From Octopus vulgaris (Eukaryota), in contig OX597818.1 of the NCBI GenBank assembly GCA_951406725.2, positions 131,254,001 to 131,318,000 on the forward strand: a stretch of 64,000 nt of DNA. Direction: 5' to 3'. How positions within the stretch are numbered: position 1 is the stretch's first letter; every line of letters starts with the position of its first letter. Positions 50,623 to 64,000 of the stretch are shown piece by piece. Under the pieces are notes generated by a model. The model was not told the DNA's origin and searched no databases. It saw only the letters and a list, made by a program, of their open reading frames with translations. A program made the translations under genes and the position numbers.

Positions 50623-50951
50623 TCAAGGTAAATTGCCCCAGTCTACTCAGCTATAAATAAGTACTAGTTAGGTATTAGGGGCGTTTTCCTTCTCTCTCTC
50701 TATCTCTCTTTCACCCCTGATCTTCCCAATTACACAACATGGAAATTGCAATATTGCAAGTCTTATTGCCTTTTATTAGTCAGCATTGTTTCATCAATTT
50801 TACTGAGGATTTTTACCACTCACACTCAACAAATCCTTAATTAATGCCGTTAATCTCTTTTCTGCAGATATCTTACACCTGTCTAAATTTTGAGGTGAAA
50901 AAAAATGTGAAAGGATTAAATGATCAGCACAAAATTTGAGTTCAAAATACA

Positions 50952-51315
50952 AATGTAGTTAAGAAATCTTCTTTAGAATCACAAAGTTTTGGGTTCTATC
51001 CCACAGTGCAACACACTGGGACAGTGCCTTCTACTACAGCACCAGGCTGACCCAATGCCATGTGAATGTTAGACAGAAACTGTGTGGAAGCCCATCATAT
51101 GTATGTATGTGTGCATGTGTGTGTATATATGTGTGTGTTTTTTTGTTTGTGCGTGTCCCCCACCACATCTTGACAACTGGTGTTGGTTTTAGTACATCCC
51201 TGAGACCAAGAGAATAAGTACAAGACTTAAAATAAGTCCTGGGATTGATTTGTTTGAGTAAACGCTTCAAGGGAGAGTCCCAGCATAACTGCAATTCTAA
51301 GACTGAAAAAAAGAT
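50952..51315 (+). mobile_element. SINE family A, old
   Basis: Diverged collinear homology. Confidence 0.75.
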
Positions 51316-51602
51316 AACCAAATAGTATTTTTAATACTTCTTGCTTGTTTGTTTGTGTGTATGTGTGTACATATGTGTGTGTGTGTATGTTTCAATAGAA
51401 TAGAAAGGATGCCACAGAATACATAAATTTTCATTTTCAATTTAAGAGAATAACAAACTTCAGCCATAATGAAACAGAAAATCTTTTAAAATCCAGTTTT
51501 TCTTATGATTTTCGCAATTTTCTATTATAATAAGATTTTCAGTGCATGTGAATCTCTTCTCTTCACGCTATTAATGTTGTCCAACAGAAAGACTCTTCTT
51601 AA

Positions 51603-51807
51603 CCTTTAGCATTTAAACCAGCCATTTCTGGCCAAAATATTTTCCATTTCACAATGAAACTGAGCAGATTCAGCCTATCACATCTACCCTACAATGTCAT
51701 TCTAAGAATAAAACAAACATGGCATCAAAATCTTAAAGGTACAGGATAATGCATGATTTATTCAAAGCATCATGAATAAATAAGCATTACATTTGACAAA
51801 GTAAGGG
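51603..51807 (+). mobile_element. piggyBac-like MITE (family D)
   Basis: TTAA at 51599 and 51808; homologous to 55267-55487. Confidence 0.8.
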
Positions 51808-52103
51808 TTAAGGGCTGACACAGTTTGGCACAAGACTCATTACAGGCCTTGCCAATATAATGCAAAGAGCTAGCACATATCCCTCAATACATCCTGTTCA
51901 ATGCTGTAACAGCTCTGTCAAACTACCACTCTGCATCAGAATCTTTTTAATGACCCTGAAAGAATAAAAGACAAAGATGCCCTCAGTAGGACTTGAACTC
52001 AGAGTGCAGACTATCAGAGAAAATACTGTAAAACATTCTAGTTCATGATCTGATGACTCTACCAGTTCACCACTCAACTATATAATGTTCCTTCTATCTT
52101 TTA

Positions 52104-52645
<542 letters not shown>

Positions 52646-53276
52646 AAAGCAACAGTGGCAGTATTATTACCCCCCAAGAGGTTAAATTTATCCTCAGTTA
52701 AATGCTAGTGATATAAACAAGAGTGCATTTTGCACCAGAAGCTAATAGGAGAGTTTCTCTCATGTAATCCTCTGCAGTATAGTTTATTCTAACAGAACAT
52801 CCACATTTAACTGGGGATAAATATTACCCCTAACTTTTAGATGCCTGTGTACAAAAATGTGCTACCCTACACATGGCCTCAAGTTCAGTCTCACTGTGTA
52901 GTACCTTGAGCAAGTGTTTCCTACTATAGTACCGAGCTAAGCAAAGCTTTGTGAGAGGATTACGCAGGTAGAAACTGAAAGAATCCCACAGTGTACACAG
53001 ACACACACATGTGAACACACACATATATATATATATATATATACACATATATATGTACATGTACATATACATATGTAACTACACATGTGCTGCTGGAGAT
53101 TTCTTTTCCTTCATTAGACTTTTCTCTTTTTCCTTTCCGATGAAGAGTTATGCTCAAAACATTGAAAATTCTCTCTTTTTGCTGAGTGTCAAACTAGTAC
53201 ATACCTCGTGCATGTCCTCTTGTTGTTTGTTATTGTTAATTTTATTGTTCGTTTATTTGATTTGATTATATATAAT

Positions 53277-53575
53277 CCGAATCGTGGCCGAAGCCAGTGT
53301 TGCCTTGACTGGCTTCCGTGCAGGTGGCACGTAAAATGCACCAATCCGACCGTGCCGATGCCAGCCTCGCCTGGCACCAGTGCAGGTGGGACGTAAAAAG
53401 CACCCACTACACTCACGGAGTGGTTGGTGTTAGGAATGGCATCCAGCTGTAGAAACATTGCCAGATAAGACCGGAGCCTGGTACAGCCTTCTGGCTTCCC
53501 AGATCCCCGGTCGAACCGTCCAACCCATGCTAGCATGGAGAACGGACGTTAAACGAAGATGATGATGATGATGAT
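53277..53575 (+). mobile_element. RTE 3' UTR fragment (family E)
   Basis: Homology and (gat)n tail. Confidence 0.9.
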
Positions 53576-53810
53576 ATGTGTGTTAAACAAAGTAACATAA
53601 CAAGGCCAAGGCAATTTTATATATCTTAGGACATTCATAAATAGAAAGGTGGTCTTACAGCTGTTTCAGCGAAATAAATGATATCCCATCATCAGAGACA
53701 GTTTCCATTTTATTTCCCTGAAATAGCTGTAACACCACCTTTCTATTTATAAATGTCCTATGAATATGAAATTGTCTTGGCCATGTTATCTTATTTTATT
53801 TAACATATAC
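53576..53810. mobile_element. Imperfect inverted repeat with about 100-bp arms, Penelope-like terminus
   Basis: 53576-53678 pairs with 53709-53810; hammerhead core on the minus strand. Confidence 0.7.
53652..53699 (-). ncRNA. Minimal type I hammerhead motif with degraded stem II
   Basis: Minus strand gtct-CTGATGA-tgggatat...atttcgct-GAAAC-agct-GTA-agac; palindromic stem III acagctgt. Confidence 0.7.
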
Positions 53811-53949
53811 ACACTCACACATGACCTGCCTTAGATTCCTAACTCATGCTAATATTGAACTGGGAGCTTAACAGTGGTCCTTCCATAACACTTTCATAGC
53901 CTTCTCTGTATTTAGGGTCTTCTGGATACCAAAACATCTCATATTATCT

Positions 53950-54173
53950 GTTGTGTGTGTATACATATATATATATATTTGTCCCCCTAGCATTGCTTGA
54001 CAAAGGATGCTGGTGTGTTTACATCCCCGTAACTTAGCGGTTCGGCAAAAGAGACCGATAGAATAAGTACTGGGCTTACAAAGAATAAGTCCCGGAGTCG
54101 ATTTGCTCGACTAAAGGCGGTGCTCCAGCATGGCCGCAGTAAAATGACTGAAACAGTTAAAAGAGTAAAGAGT
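53950..54173 (+). mobile_element. SINE family A, 3' half
   Basis: tttgtccccctagcattgcttgac...aaaagagtaaagag. Confidence 0.9.
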
Positions 54174-54824
54174 ATATATATATATATATATATATATATA
54201 CGTATATGTATATATGTGTGACCCACCCATGCCAGCATGGAAGGAGGACGTTAAACAATGATGATGATGATGATGATGATAAGAATCTTAGCTAACGGGC
54301 TTCATTGAGGGCTGGCATAGTGGCCAAAGGGTTAACAGCTAGAATTCCATTACTGCTGAAACACTGTTTCCACGATTAAGATTACTCAATGCACAAGGCA
54401 CTGTCCTAGTTCATACAGATGTAAATAAATACCACAAGTAGTTGCAGATTACTACTGGAAGCAACAACAATGTTGTATAATTGACAAGTAATTCTGTTAG
54501 GTCACAGAGTCAAGGTCAAATCTTACCATAAGTAATAGCTTGAAGAGACACTCTTCACAAGTGAATAGAACTAATCATCAATCTAATTAAGACACGTCAA
54601 CGATACAACTGATTAGAAAATGTCAAGAAACTGACTTTATTTATCTCGCTTGCTTTAGATGAATTAATATTAATTGAACGACTGCCTGGCTGACTGATAG
54701 GTACGAAAGTAAGTCAAATTTATTTTCGAAGCTCCTTTGTACTGTGTTTAAAGACAAAGGATATGAAAGGATATGCAGCAGGGAGAACAGCAGGGATCTG
54801 GAAAGAGGAAACATTTCCCTGTTA

Positions 54825-55055
54825 CTCTCTCTCTCTTTTACTCTTTTACTTGTTTCAGTCATTTGACTGCGGCCATGCTGGAGCACTGCTTTTAGTCAAG
54901 CAAATCGACCCCGGGACTTATTCTTTGTAAGCCCAGTACTTATTCTATCGATCTCTTTTTGCCGAACCGCTAAGTGACGGAGACGTAAACACACCAGCAT
55001 CGGTTGTCAAGCAATGCTAGGGGACAAACACAGACACACAAACACAGACACACAA

Positions 55056-55086
<31 letters not shown>

Positions 55087-55251
55087 CGACAGGCTTCTTT
55101 CAGTTTCCGTCTACCAAATCCACTCACAAGGCATTGGTCGGCCCGGGAGGCTATAGCAGAAGACACTTGCCCAAGATGCCACGCAGTGGGACTGAACCCG
55201 GAACCATGAGGTTGGTTAGCAAGCTACTTACCACACAGCCACTCCTGCGCC
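54825..55251 (-). mobile_element. SINE family A, young
   Basis: Full-length reverse complement. Confidence 0.95.
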
Positions 55252-55266
55252 TATTGTTGTTTTTAA

Positions 55267-55487
55267 CCCTTCAACATTTAAACAAACCATATCCGGCCCA
55301 AATATTCTACTTATTTTATGTTCAAACTGGCCAGATCTGGCCTTTCACGCATACCCTATAATGCTATTCTATAAATAAAACAATTACATCATCATAATCT
55401 TGAAGCTTTGGAATAATGCATGACTAATTCAAAACAGTGTAAATGAACAAACTTTGCATTTGACAGAATAATCCAAATGCTAAAGGG
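55267..55487 (+). mobile_element. piggyBac-like MITE (family D)
   Basis: TTAA at 55263 and 55488; TIR cccttcaacattt / aaatgctaaaggg. Confidence 0.85.
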
Positions 55488-55627
55488 TTAACCCTTAGAT
55501 CTACCCAATTCATTCCAGCTGTGACCATCTCATCTTTTCTTCTTTTTGGTGCTGCGTGGCATCGAAGACCAAATTACCTAATATGTTCTCTTTTCTTTAT
55601 GATGATGCTACTCCACAAGAGGTAGAG

Positions 55628-56137
55628 TATGGCCTGGTCAGCCTATAATGACATGCATAAGATCTGGTCATCAAATCTAAGTAGAGACTCCAAACTTGAA
55701 ATCTTCAAAGCCACAGTCGAACCAATTCTACTATATGGCTCAGAAACCTGGACGTTATCAAAGAAGCTTGAGAGGCAGTTGGATGGAACCTACACTCGCC
55801 TCCTTATGAGAGCTCAAAATCTCTCGTGGAAGCGTCATCCAACCAAAATGCAAATATATGGGAAACTACCACCTGTGTCATCTCTTGTGAAAGGTAGGAG
55901 AGTCCAGTTTGCTGGACATTGTTGTAGAGCTGAAAACGAAGTAATTTCTACTCTTCTCCTCTGGAAGCCATCTACTCGCAATACCAGAGGGCGCACACTC
56001 TCCTACCCTGATGTAATCTCCAGGGATACAGGCATCCAGCAACAGGACCTCCGTAATGCCATGATGGACCGTGAAGTCTGGCGTAGCATGGTAAATTCCA
56101 TTGTCTCGACCACGGTCGAACAATGATGATGATGATG
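55628..56137 (+). mobile_element. 5'-truncated RTE-type LINE with an intact 165-codon C-terminal ORF and (TGA)n tail
   Basis: KLEIFKATVEPILLYGSETWTL...RRVQFAGHCCR...AMMDREVWR; imperfect TSD acaagaggtagag (55615-55627) / acaagtggtggag (56138-56150). Confidence 0.92.
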
Positions 56138-56249
56138 ACAAGTGGTGGAGGGTGGAGGGACTTCTTTCAAATTTTGTTTATAAAATACCACATGTACAGC
56201 ATTGGTCTACAAGAAGTTCTTATAAAAGACATTTGGCCAAATGTTATTG

Positions 56250-56930
56250 TAACAGTGTTATTGGCCTTTGGTAAAGCAAAGCTTTGGGCCTGTAGTATTG
56301 ATGTAACACTGAAGACAATAGTACTTATGTAACATTGAGCCTATAAAATTTATGCAACACTGATACTTATAGTATTATGTAACACTGTGCCCTATAGCAT
56401 TTATGTAACATTGGAGCCTATAGAATTTATGCAGTGCTGGTGCTTATAGTTTTTATGTAACACTGGGCCTATAACATTTATGTAACACAGGAGCCTATAG
56501 TATTATATAACACTGGAGCCAATGGCACTTATGTAACATTGGAGCCTATAGAATGTATGCAGTGCTGATGCTTATAGTGTTTATGTAACACTGGGCCTAT
56601 AACATTTATGTAACACAGGAGCCTATAGTATTATATAACACTGGAGCCAATGGTGCTTATGTAACATTGGAGCCTATAGAATTTATGCAGTGCTGGTGCT
56701 TATAGTGTTTATGTAACACTGGGCCTATAACATTTATGTAACACAGGAGCCTATAGTATTATATAACACTGGAGCCAATGGCACTTATCTAACATTGGAG
56801 CCTATAGAATTTATGCAGTGCTGATGCTTATAGTGTTTATGTAACACTGGGCCTATAACATTTATGTAACGCAGGAGCCTATAATGTTATGGAATGCTGG
56901 GAGTATATAGCATTGATGTAACACTGAGCA
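56250..56930. repeat. 25-26 bp minisatellite with a 128-bp pentameric higher-order repeat
   Basis: acattggagcctatagaat recurs at 56408, 56536, 56664 and 56792; monomer consensus ttatgtaacactggagcctatagNN. Confidence 0.95.
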
Positions 56931-57703
56931 TACATATATTAACAGTGGGCCTTGGTGGGGTGGGTGGGGTCCTGGACAACTAGCTAATGTACCCATAACT
57001 TAAAGCAGCACTGTTGTACAATGGGGTCAAATCTGGAATCATATGGCTGTGAACTGAACTTTTTAACAGCGTAGTCAAAAGCTGCATCCACGAATTATTT
57101 TATATCAGTTAGGTGAGTAATATACACAGAAACAGTGTAAAGGCGGTGCTCCAGCATAGCCGCAGTCAAATGACTGAAACAAGTAAAAGAGTAAAGAAAT
57201 GTCAGCTACTTTATAATTTAGCCAAAATTAAACCTGATTTATCAAATGAGAAGAAATTCAATAAAGGACCATAGCCTGATAGCTTTTTCAGGCTAGAGGT
57301 GAGAGTGTAATTCCTCTGTAGCTTTGAGGCAGAACACCTTACTTTGGAAATAAAATTTTTAAGGACTTTAAGAAAGCAGATGGTTTGTTTCCCTTCTATG
57401 TTTGGCTACATAAGTCTAACAGGTGTTTCTGCAAGAGTGAAACAGCCCAGATGATGGCTAGGATGTTGTCTGGAGCAGAAACCTGAACTATGAAGATAGA
57501 GTGTCAAGATGCCCTGGTAGTACTTTCATCACACTTCCCATGAAGGCTTAAAATATTTCATGGCATGAGCACAAGACCAAGGAGATTTATGGACACACTC
57601 CAGCTTCGGTACATGACTTTTAGCGGTCCCATGCAATTCTTTGTTTCGAGGCCCCTTCCCTTCAATCAAAATTCATAATCTACACACCTTTTATCCATAG
57701 CTA

Positions 57704-57957
57704 TCATCATCATCATCATCATCATTTATCGTCCGCTTTCCATGCTAGCATGGGTTGGACGGTTCAACTGGGGTCTGTGAAGCCAGAAGGCTGCATCAGG
57801 CCCAGTCAGATCTGGCAGTGTTTCTATGGCTGGATGCTCTTCCTAACGCCAACCACTCTGTGAGTGTAGTGGGTGCTTTTTATGTGCCACCCGCACAGGT
57901 GCCAGACGGAGCTGGCAAACGGCCACGAACAGATGGTGCTTTTACATGCCACTGGCA
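57704..57957 (-). mobile_element. RTE 3' UTR fragment (family E)
   Basis: Near-identical to part of the 35747 copy. Confidence 0.9.
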
Positions 57958-58528
57958 CTATATTTTAGTTTATTCTATTTGAAGTTCAGTATTTCATGTT
58001 ATCCTAAAGAACAACTTTAAAAGTACATGTTAAATTTAATTAGGTCACTTACAAATTTCAATAAGTAAAACTTCCAAATATGAATAAAGAGCACTTTTAT
58101 AATCCAGGCAACTTTCAAAGACAACCACGGGGCACTTTTCAGTTCATAAAATAATCGATCAGTTCAGAATAATCAAGCAGAGAGCTAAATTCATGTTACC
58201 AGATATCATAGACAATCCACTAAGTCTGGTACATGTTAATGGTACAATGTAATATTTTTGCAAGAACTTTGCAGGTACAATGTATTATCATTTTATTTCG
58301 TGAAATTTTCAGTTAACATAGTTTAATTCTTGTTCAATATCTTAACCAAAGTAAATAGATGACTCATCTATGTACTTTGATCTTAAAATGGGGCCCTTCA
58401 ACTGCGGAGGTCCCCTGCGACCACAGGGGTAGTGGGAGCTTAGTGATGGCCCTGACACATTCTCTCCTTTTCTGCCATTATTGCTCAGAGCAGGGTAAGC
58501 TTCATCAGCCACAGCTTCTGTGCTAAAC

Positions 58529-59115
58529 CAGTGCTCCACAACCGGTACACTGCGGCACACTGGTGTGCCATGAGATGATGGATGGAAGCACTCCGTCGGT
58601 TACGACGACGAGGGTTCCAGTTGATCCGATCAACGGAACAGCCTGCTCGTGAAATTAACGTGTAAGTGGCTGAGCACTCCACAAACACGTGTACCCTTAA
58701 CGTAGTTCTCGGGGATATTCAGCGTGACACAGAGAGTGACAAGGTCGGCCCTTTGAAATACAGGTACAACAGAAACAGGAAGTAAGAGTGAGAGAAAGTT
58801 GCGGTGAAAGAGTACAGCAGGGATCACCACCATCCCCTGCCGGAGCCTCGTGGAGCTTTAGGTGTTTTCGCTCAATAAACACTCACAACGCCCGGTCTGG
58901 GAATCGAAACCGCGATCCTACGACCGCGAGTCCGCTGCCCTAACCACTGGGCCGTTGCGCCTCCACGCCATGAGATGATACTAGGTGTGCCGCAGTGTAA
59001 CCTGAATATAATTTTTTCACCTGTCCTTTTAGTTATACTTTTAGTTCAGGTGTGCTGCTGAATTTTGAAAAGAATATAAGTGTACCACAAGTGAAAAAAA
59101 AGTTGTGCAGCACTA
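58529..59115. mobile_element. hAT (Charlie-like) MITE interrupted by SINE C
   Basis: TIR cagtgctccacaac / gttgtgcagcacta; imperfect 8-bp TSD tgctaaac / tgctgtac; internal gtgtgccgc motifs. Confidence 0.72.
58580..58966 (-). mobile_element. SINE family C, young
   Basis: TSD gccatgagatgat at 58567-58579 and 58967-58979. Confidence 0.96.
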
Positions 59116-59304
59116 TGCTGTACAACAGGGCATTCCGGATGTTATATTTTGAAGATTTCTACATTCTAATAAAAGATGAAAGCCACACAACTGCATTACT
59201 GATATTGGGAGGAAAAGATAAAATAAAATTGAGGCACTACTAAAGCTAATAGATTGGTGGTGGGGGGGGCAGAGATTCCTGGTGCAGTATAATGAGACAT
59301 ATCT

Positions 59305-59681
59305 ATGAAGATGACAAAGAAGACGGTGATTTTGATGATGCTGTTTGATGATGAAGATGGTGGTGATGATGATGATGCAACTGATGATGATGATGATGAT
59401 GATGATGATGTTGATAATGGATATGATAAGGATGACAATGATGAGGATGTTATTGATGTTAATGATTGATAATACTAATGATGACAATGATGATGATGAG
59501 GGATGATGCTGATAACAGATATGACGATGATGATGATGAAAATGATGATGATGTTGATTACAGATATGACGATAATGATGATGAAAATGATGATGATGCT
59601 GATTACAGATATGATGATGATGTTGATGACAATGATGATGATGCTGGTTATAGATATGATGATGATGATGATGATGATGAT
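59305..59681. repeat. GAT-rich block duplicated from 62385-62758
   Basis: Same order of non-GAT interruptions (gacggtgattttg, gcaactg, ggatatgataagg, gattacagatatg, gctggttatagat). Confidence 0.9.
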
Positions 59682-60184
59682 GCAGCAGCTTGAAGAAGAA
59701 TATCATCAAGTGACTGAACTAAATTGATTATCAGTCAAGTCAAAGCAAAACGACCAACAAAGCAAGTACTAACAATGATTTTAGTCACTAAAGCCACAGG
59801 AAGGTAAACTCTTCCTTAACACACTGGCTTACCTTTACTGACCTGGTGTATGTGAACATGTATGTAACTGCATGTGTGTGTGTGTGTGTGTATGCAGTGT
59901 GTAATTCTGTGTTTGTAGTTGTTGCTGTTTAACATGAATGTAGTTTATTTTACAATTGGAAAAAAAGCTGTTATGAATGAAAACAAGTACAGTTTGAAAC
60001 AACAAAACTAATAAATAAAGAGAATCATTCCACTGCCACAGATATCACTGTAGAACTTGTACTCATTGTCTCTAGTTCTCTATTACACATCCACTAACTC
60101 ACCCCATCAACATCCCTGCCGCCAGCACTTCCACCATCACCATCACCAACAACTTTTATCATTACTCATAGCAACATCTATCCG

Positions 60185-60702
<518 letters not shown>

Positions 60703-61094
60703 ATTCTCTGTGTGTTAAGAACAAAAAGAACCAACTACAAAATGTATAAATGCATGGAAAAATATCCCCCAAAAATTGAAAACAATGCAATAAATAAAAC
60801 AATGGAAACAAGTAAAATACAAAAAAAAAACCCAATAAAATTAAAGACAAAACTTGTCTGACACCACCCTGCCTGCCACCCTCGTCACTGACACCCCCCC
60901 GTTTCCTTCCCCCCACCACACCATGCCGCTGTTGCTGCCATGATTGCCCTCACCAAACATCGAATCTGACTGACATAGTTTCTCTGTCGATGCATCATCA
61001 TAAAGCGAAACTTACACTTACAGCCTAAATACAAATAATCTAATAGAAATGATGAAAAAGAGGAAAAAATATATTACAATATGTAAAACAATAC

Positions 61095-61191
61095 TAACGA
61101 TGATGATGATGAGGAGGAGGAGAAGGAAAAGGGAGAAGGGGAGGAGGAGGCGGAGGAGGGATAATGACGGCAATGATGAGGATGATTGTGG

Positions 61192-61223
<32 letters not shown>

Positions 61224-62225
61224 GACAATGAAGATGACAAGGAAGACGGTGATTTTGATGATGATGCTGTTTGATGATGAAGATGGTGGTGGTGATGATG
61301 ATGACGAGGAGGAGGAGAAGGAAAAGAAAGAAGAGGAGGAGGAGGGATAATGACGGCAATGATGACGATGATTGTGGGGATGATGGTGATGATGATGATG
61401 ATGATGTTAACAATGAAGATGACAAGGAAGACGGTGATTTTTGATGATGTTGTTTGATGATGAAGATGGTGGTGATGATGAGGAGGAGGAAGGGGAGGAG
61501 AAGGAAAAGGAAGAAGGGGAGGAGGAGGAGGAGGAAGGATAATGACGGCAATGATGACGATGATTGTGGGGATGATGGTGATGATGATGACGATGAAGAT
61601 GACAAGGAAGACAGTGATTTTGATGATGCTGTTTGATGATGAAGATGGTGGTGATGATAATGATGATGAGGAGGAGAAGGAAAAGGAAGAAGGGGAGGAG
61701 GCGGAGGAGGGATAATGACGGCAATGATGACGATGATTGTGGGGATGATGGTGATGATGATGATGATGATGACGATGATGTTGACAAGGAAGACGGTGAT
61801 TTTGATGATGATGCAATTGATGATGATGATAATGATGATGAGGAGGAGAAGGAAAAGGAAGAAGGGGAGGAGGCGGAGGAGGGATAATGACGGCAATGAT
61901 GACGATGACGATGATGAGGGATGATGGTAATGATGATGATGATGTTGACAATGACGATGACAAGGAAGACGGTGATTTTGATGATGCTGTTGTTTGATGA
62001 TGAAGATGGTGGTGATGATGATGATGATGAGGAGGAGGAGGAGGAGAAGGAAAAGGAAGAAGGGGAGGAGGAGGAGGAAGGATAATGACGGCAATGATGA
62101 CGATGATTGTAGGGATGATGGTGATGATGATGATTGATGTTGACAATGAAGATGACAAGGAAGGCGATGATTTTGATGATGATGTAGTTTGATGATGAAG
62201 ATGGTGGTGATGATGATGATGCAAC

Positions 62226-62256
<31 letters not shown>

Positions 62257-62975
62257 AGTGATGATGATGATGACGATGAGGAGAAGGAAAAGGAAGAAGG
62301 GGAGGAGGCGGAGGAGGAAGGATAATGACGGCAATGATGACGATGATTGTGGGGATGATGGTGATGATGATGATGATGTTGACAATGAAGATGACAAGGA
62401 AGACGGTGATTTTGATGATGCTGTTTGATGATGAAGATGGTGGTGAGAATGATGATGCAACTGATGATGATGATGATGATGATGTTGATAATGGATATGA
62501 TAAGGATGACAATGATGAGGATGTTATTGATGATAATGATTGATATACTGATGACAATGATGATGATGAGGGATGATGCTGATTACAGATATGACGATGA
62601 TGATGATGAAAATGATAATGATGATGATGCTGATAACAGATATGACGATGATGATGATGATGATGCTGATTACAAATATGACGATGATGATGATGACAAT
62701 GATGGTGATGAAGGATGATGCTGGTTATAGATATGATGATGATGATGATGATGATGATTACAATGATGATGACGAAGATGATTATGATGAGGATGCTGCT
62801 GCAAATGAAGATGATAATGAAGATAGTGATAGTGATGATGGCAGAAATGTTTATGGTAATAACGACAATAATGACCATGATAATGATGATAATGATGATG
62901 GTGATCATGCTGACACTGTAATTGCTACTGATATTGGTTATCATGATGATGATGATGATGATGATGGTAATGAAA
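61095..62975. repeat. GAT/GAG-based satellite with seven higher-order units of 172-240 bp
   Basis: ggataatgacggcaatgatga anchors near 61169, 61355, 61547, 61720, 61892, 62090 and 62330. Confidence 0.95.
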
Positions 62976-63469
62976 GACAGTTTAAGTAAGCAACTCAGAT
63001 TCACAATCAGATGATACAATAAAGTGAAGCTGATGCTTAAATTTTGTTGGTTTTTTTTAACATTTTATTTCACCCTTTTTTAAAAATTTTATCTTGCTTT
63101 ACTTTTTTTTTTCAATGCTTTCTTTCATTTTATAATACTTTGATTATTGTTGTTGTCGTTGTTGTTTTTACAGGTTTTTGCTCTTTTTTTCCCCTCTTAC
63201 TCAATGAACTGAAAATATGCATAAAAGGAAGAGTTGAAACACGGTTCCCAATCACTTCCGCAACACCTACAGAAGTAAAATATACATACAACCTCCTCAT
63301 AATGTCCAGCATCAAAGCAACAAAGAAGCAACCACATACACACATACATACATACATCAGACAGACAGACAGAAAGACAACAGACAGATAAATAAGATAG
63401 ATAGATTACATATGCATACATGTACATGTGATACATGTACGTATGTATGTGCATGTCTGTGAGTGTTTC

Positions 63470-63475
63470 TGTATG

Positions 63476-63517
<42 letters not shown>

Positions 63518-63548
63518 TGTATACATATAATAACACATACATATAATT

Positions 63549-63644
<96 letters not shown>

Positions 63645-63670
63645 AGAGAGAGAGAGAGAGAGAAAGAAGA
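63470..63670. repeat. (TA)/(CA)/(GA) microsatellites
   Basis: Direct reading. Confidence 0.95.
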
Positions 63671-64000
63671 AGAAAGTGTACATTTTGTATATATGTTGCT
63701 ACAGACACATACACACATCAATATATATATATATGCATGTATATTCATATATACACATGCATATATGTGTCAGTGTGTGTGCATGTACATATATATATAT
63801 ATATATATATATACACAATATTTAATACTCAAAGTAAATCAACTTGATGACCAAAATAATTAGAGACTAAAATAAACAAAAGAAACAAAGAAATCCCCCC
63901 ACCCTCCACTTAACTCCTCAGATTTCAACCACATGTAATAAATTTAAAATATGATTTTTAAAAAAAATATATATATTAACACCACCCACCCGCCCACCCA

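Noticed and set aside
56250-56930. CRISPR-like array
   Set aside because: Contiguous tandem monomers without unique spacers.
61018-63019. 480-aa and 641-aa His/Ser/Ile/Pro-rich proteins (for example beak or biomineral proteins)
   Set aside because: Successive repeat units are read in different frames, so no peptide repeat is conserved; the open frames follow from CAT/CTC triplets lacking stops.

Overview
AT-rich, microsatellite-dense animal genomic DNA. The SINE and LINE repertoire is most consistent with an octopus or other coleoid cephalopod; this is recognition, not a database result. I cannot support any host protein-coding gene. Most entries in the ORF track are microsatellite or SINE artefacts. 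The real coding remnants all come from transposons: an L1/Tx1-type 3' end with a zf-RVT motif, a decayed R4/Dong-type LINE, several RTE and CR1/L2-type fragments, and a mariner split by five insertions. The window also holds three main tRNA-derived SINE families (called A, B, C here), TTAA-flanked piggyBac-like MITEs, two non-autonomous Helitrons, a hAT-like MITE and several minisatellites. The most interesting signal is a set of four inverted-repeat elements carrying type I hammerhead ribozyme cores of the Penelope-like kind. One is a perfect 324-bp palindrome with an intact hammerhead motif on each strand (27747-28070). Another encloses a tRNA-like Pol III head next to a hammerhead remnant (24631-24962). 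Other notable points: SINE B shares its 3' tail with the L1/Tx1 LINE and occurs as fixed-junction multimers, one SINE has a 138-bp target duplication, and there is a local inverted templated insertion. All coordinates were read by eye, and the ends of diverged copies are approximate.
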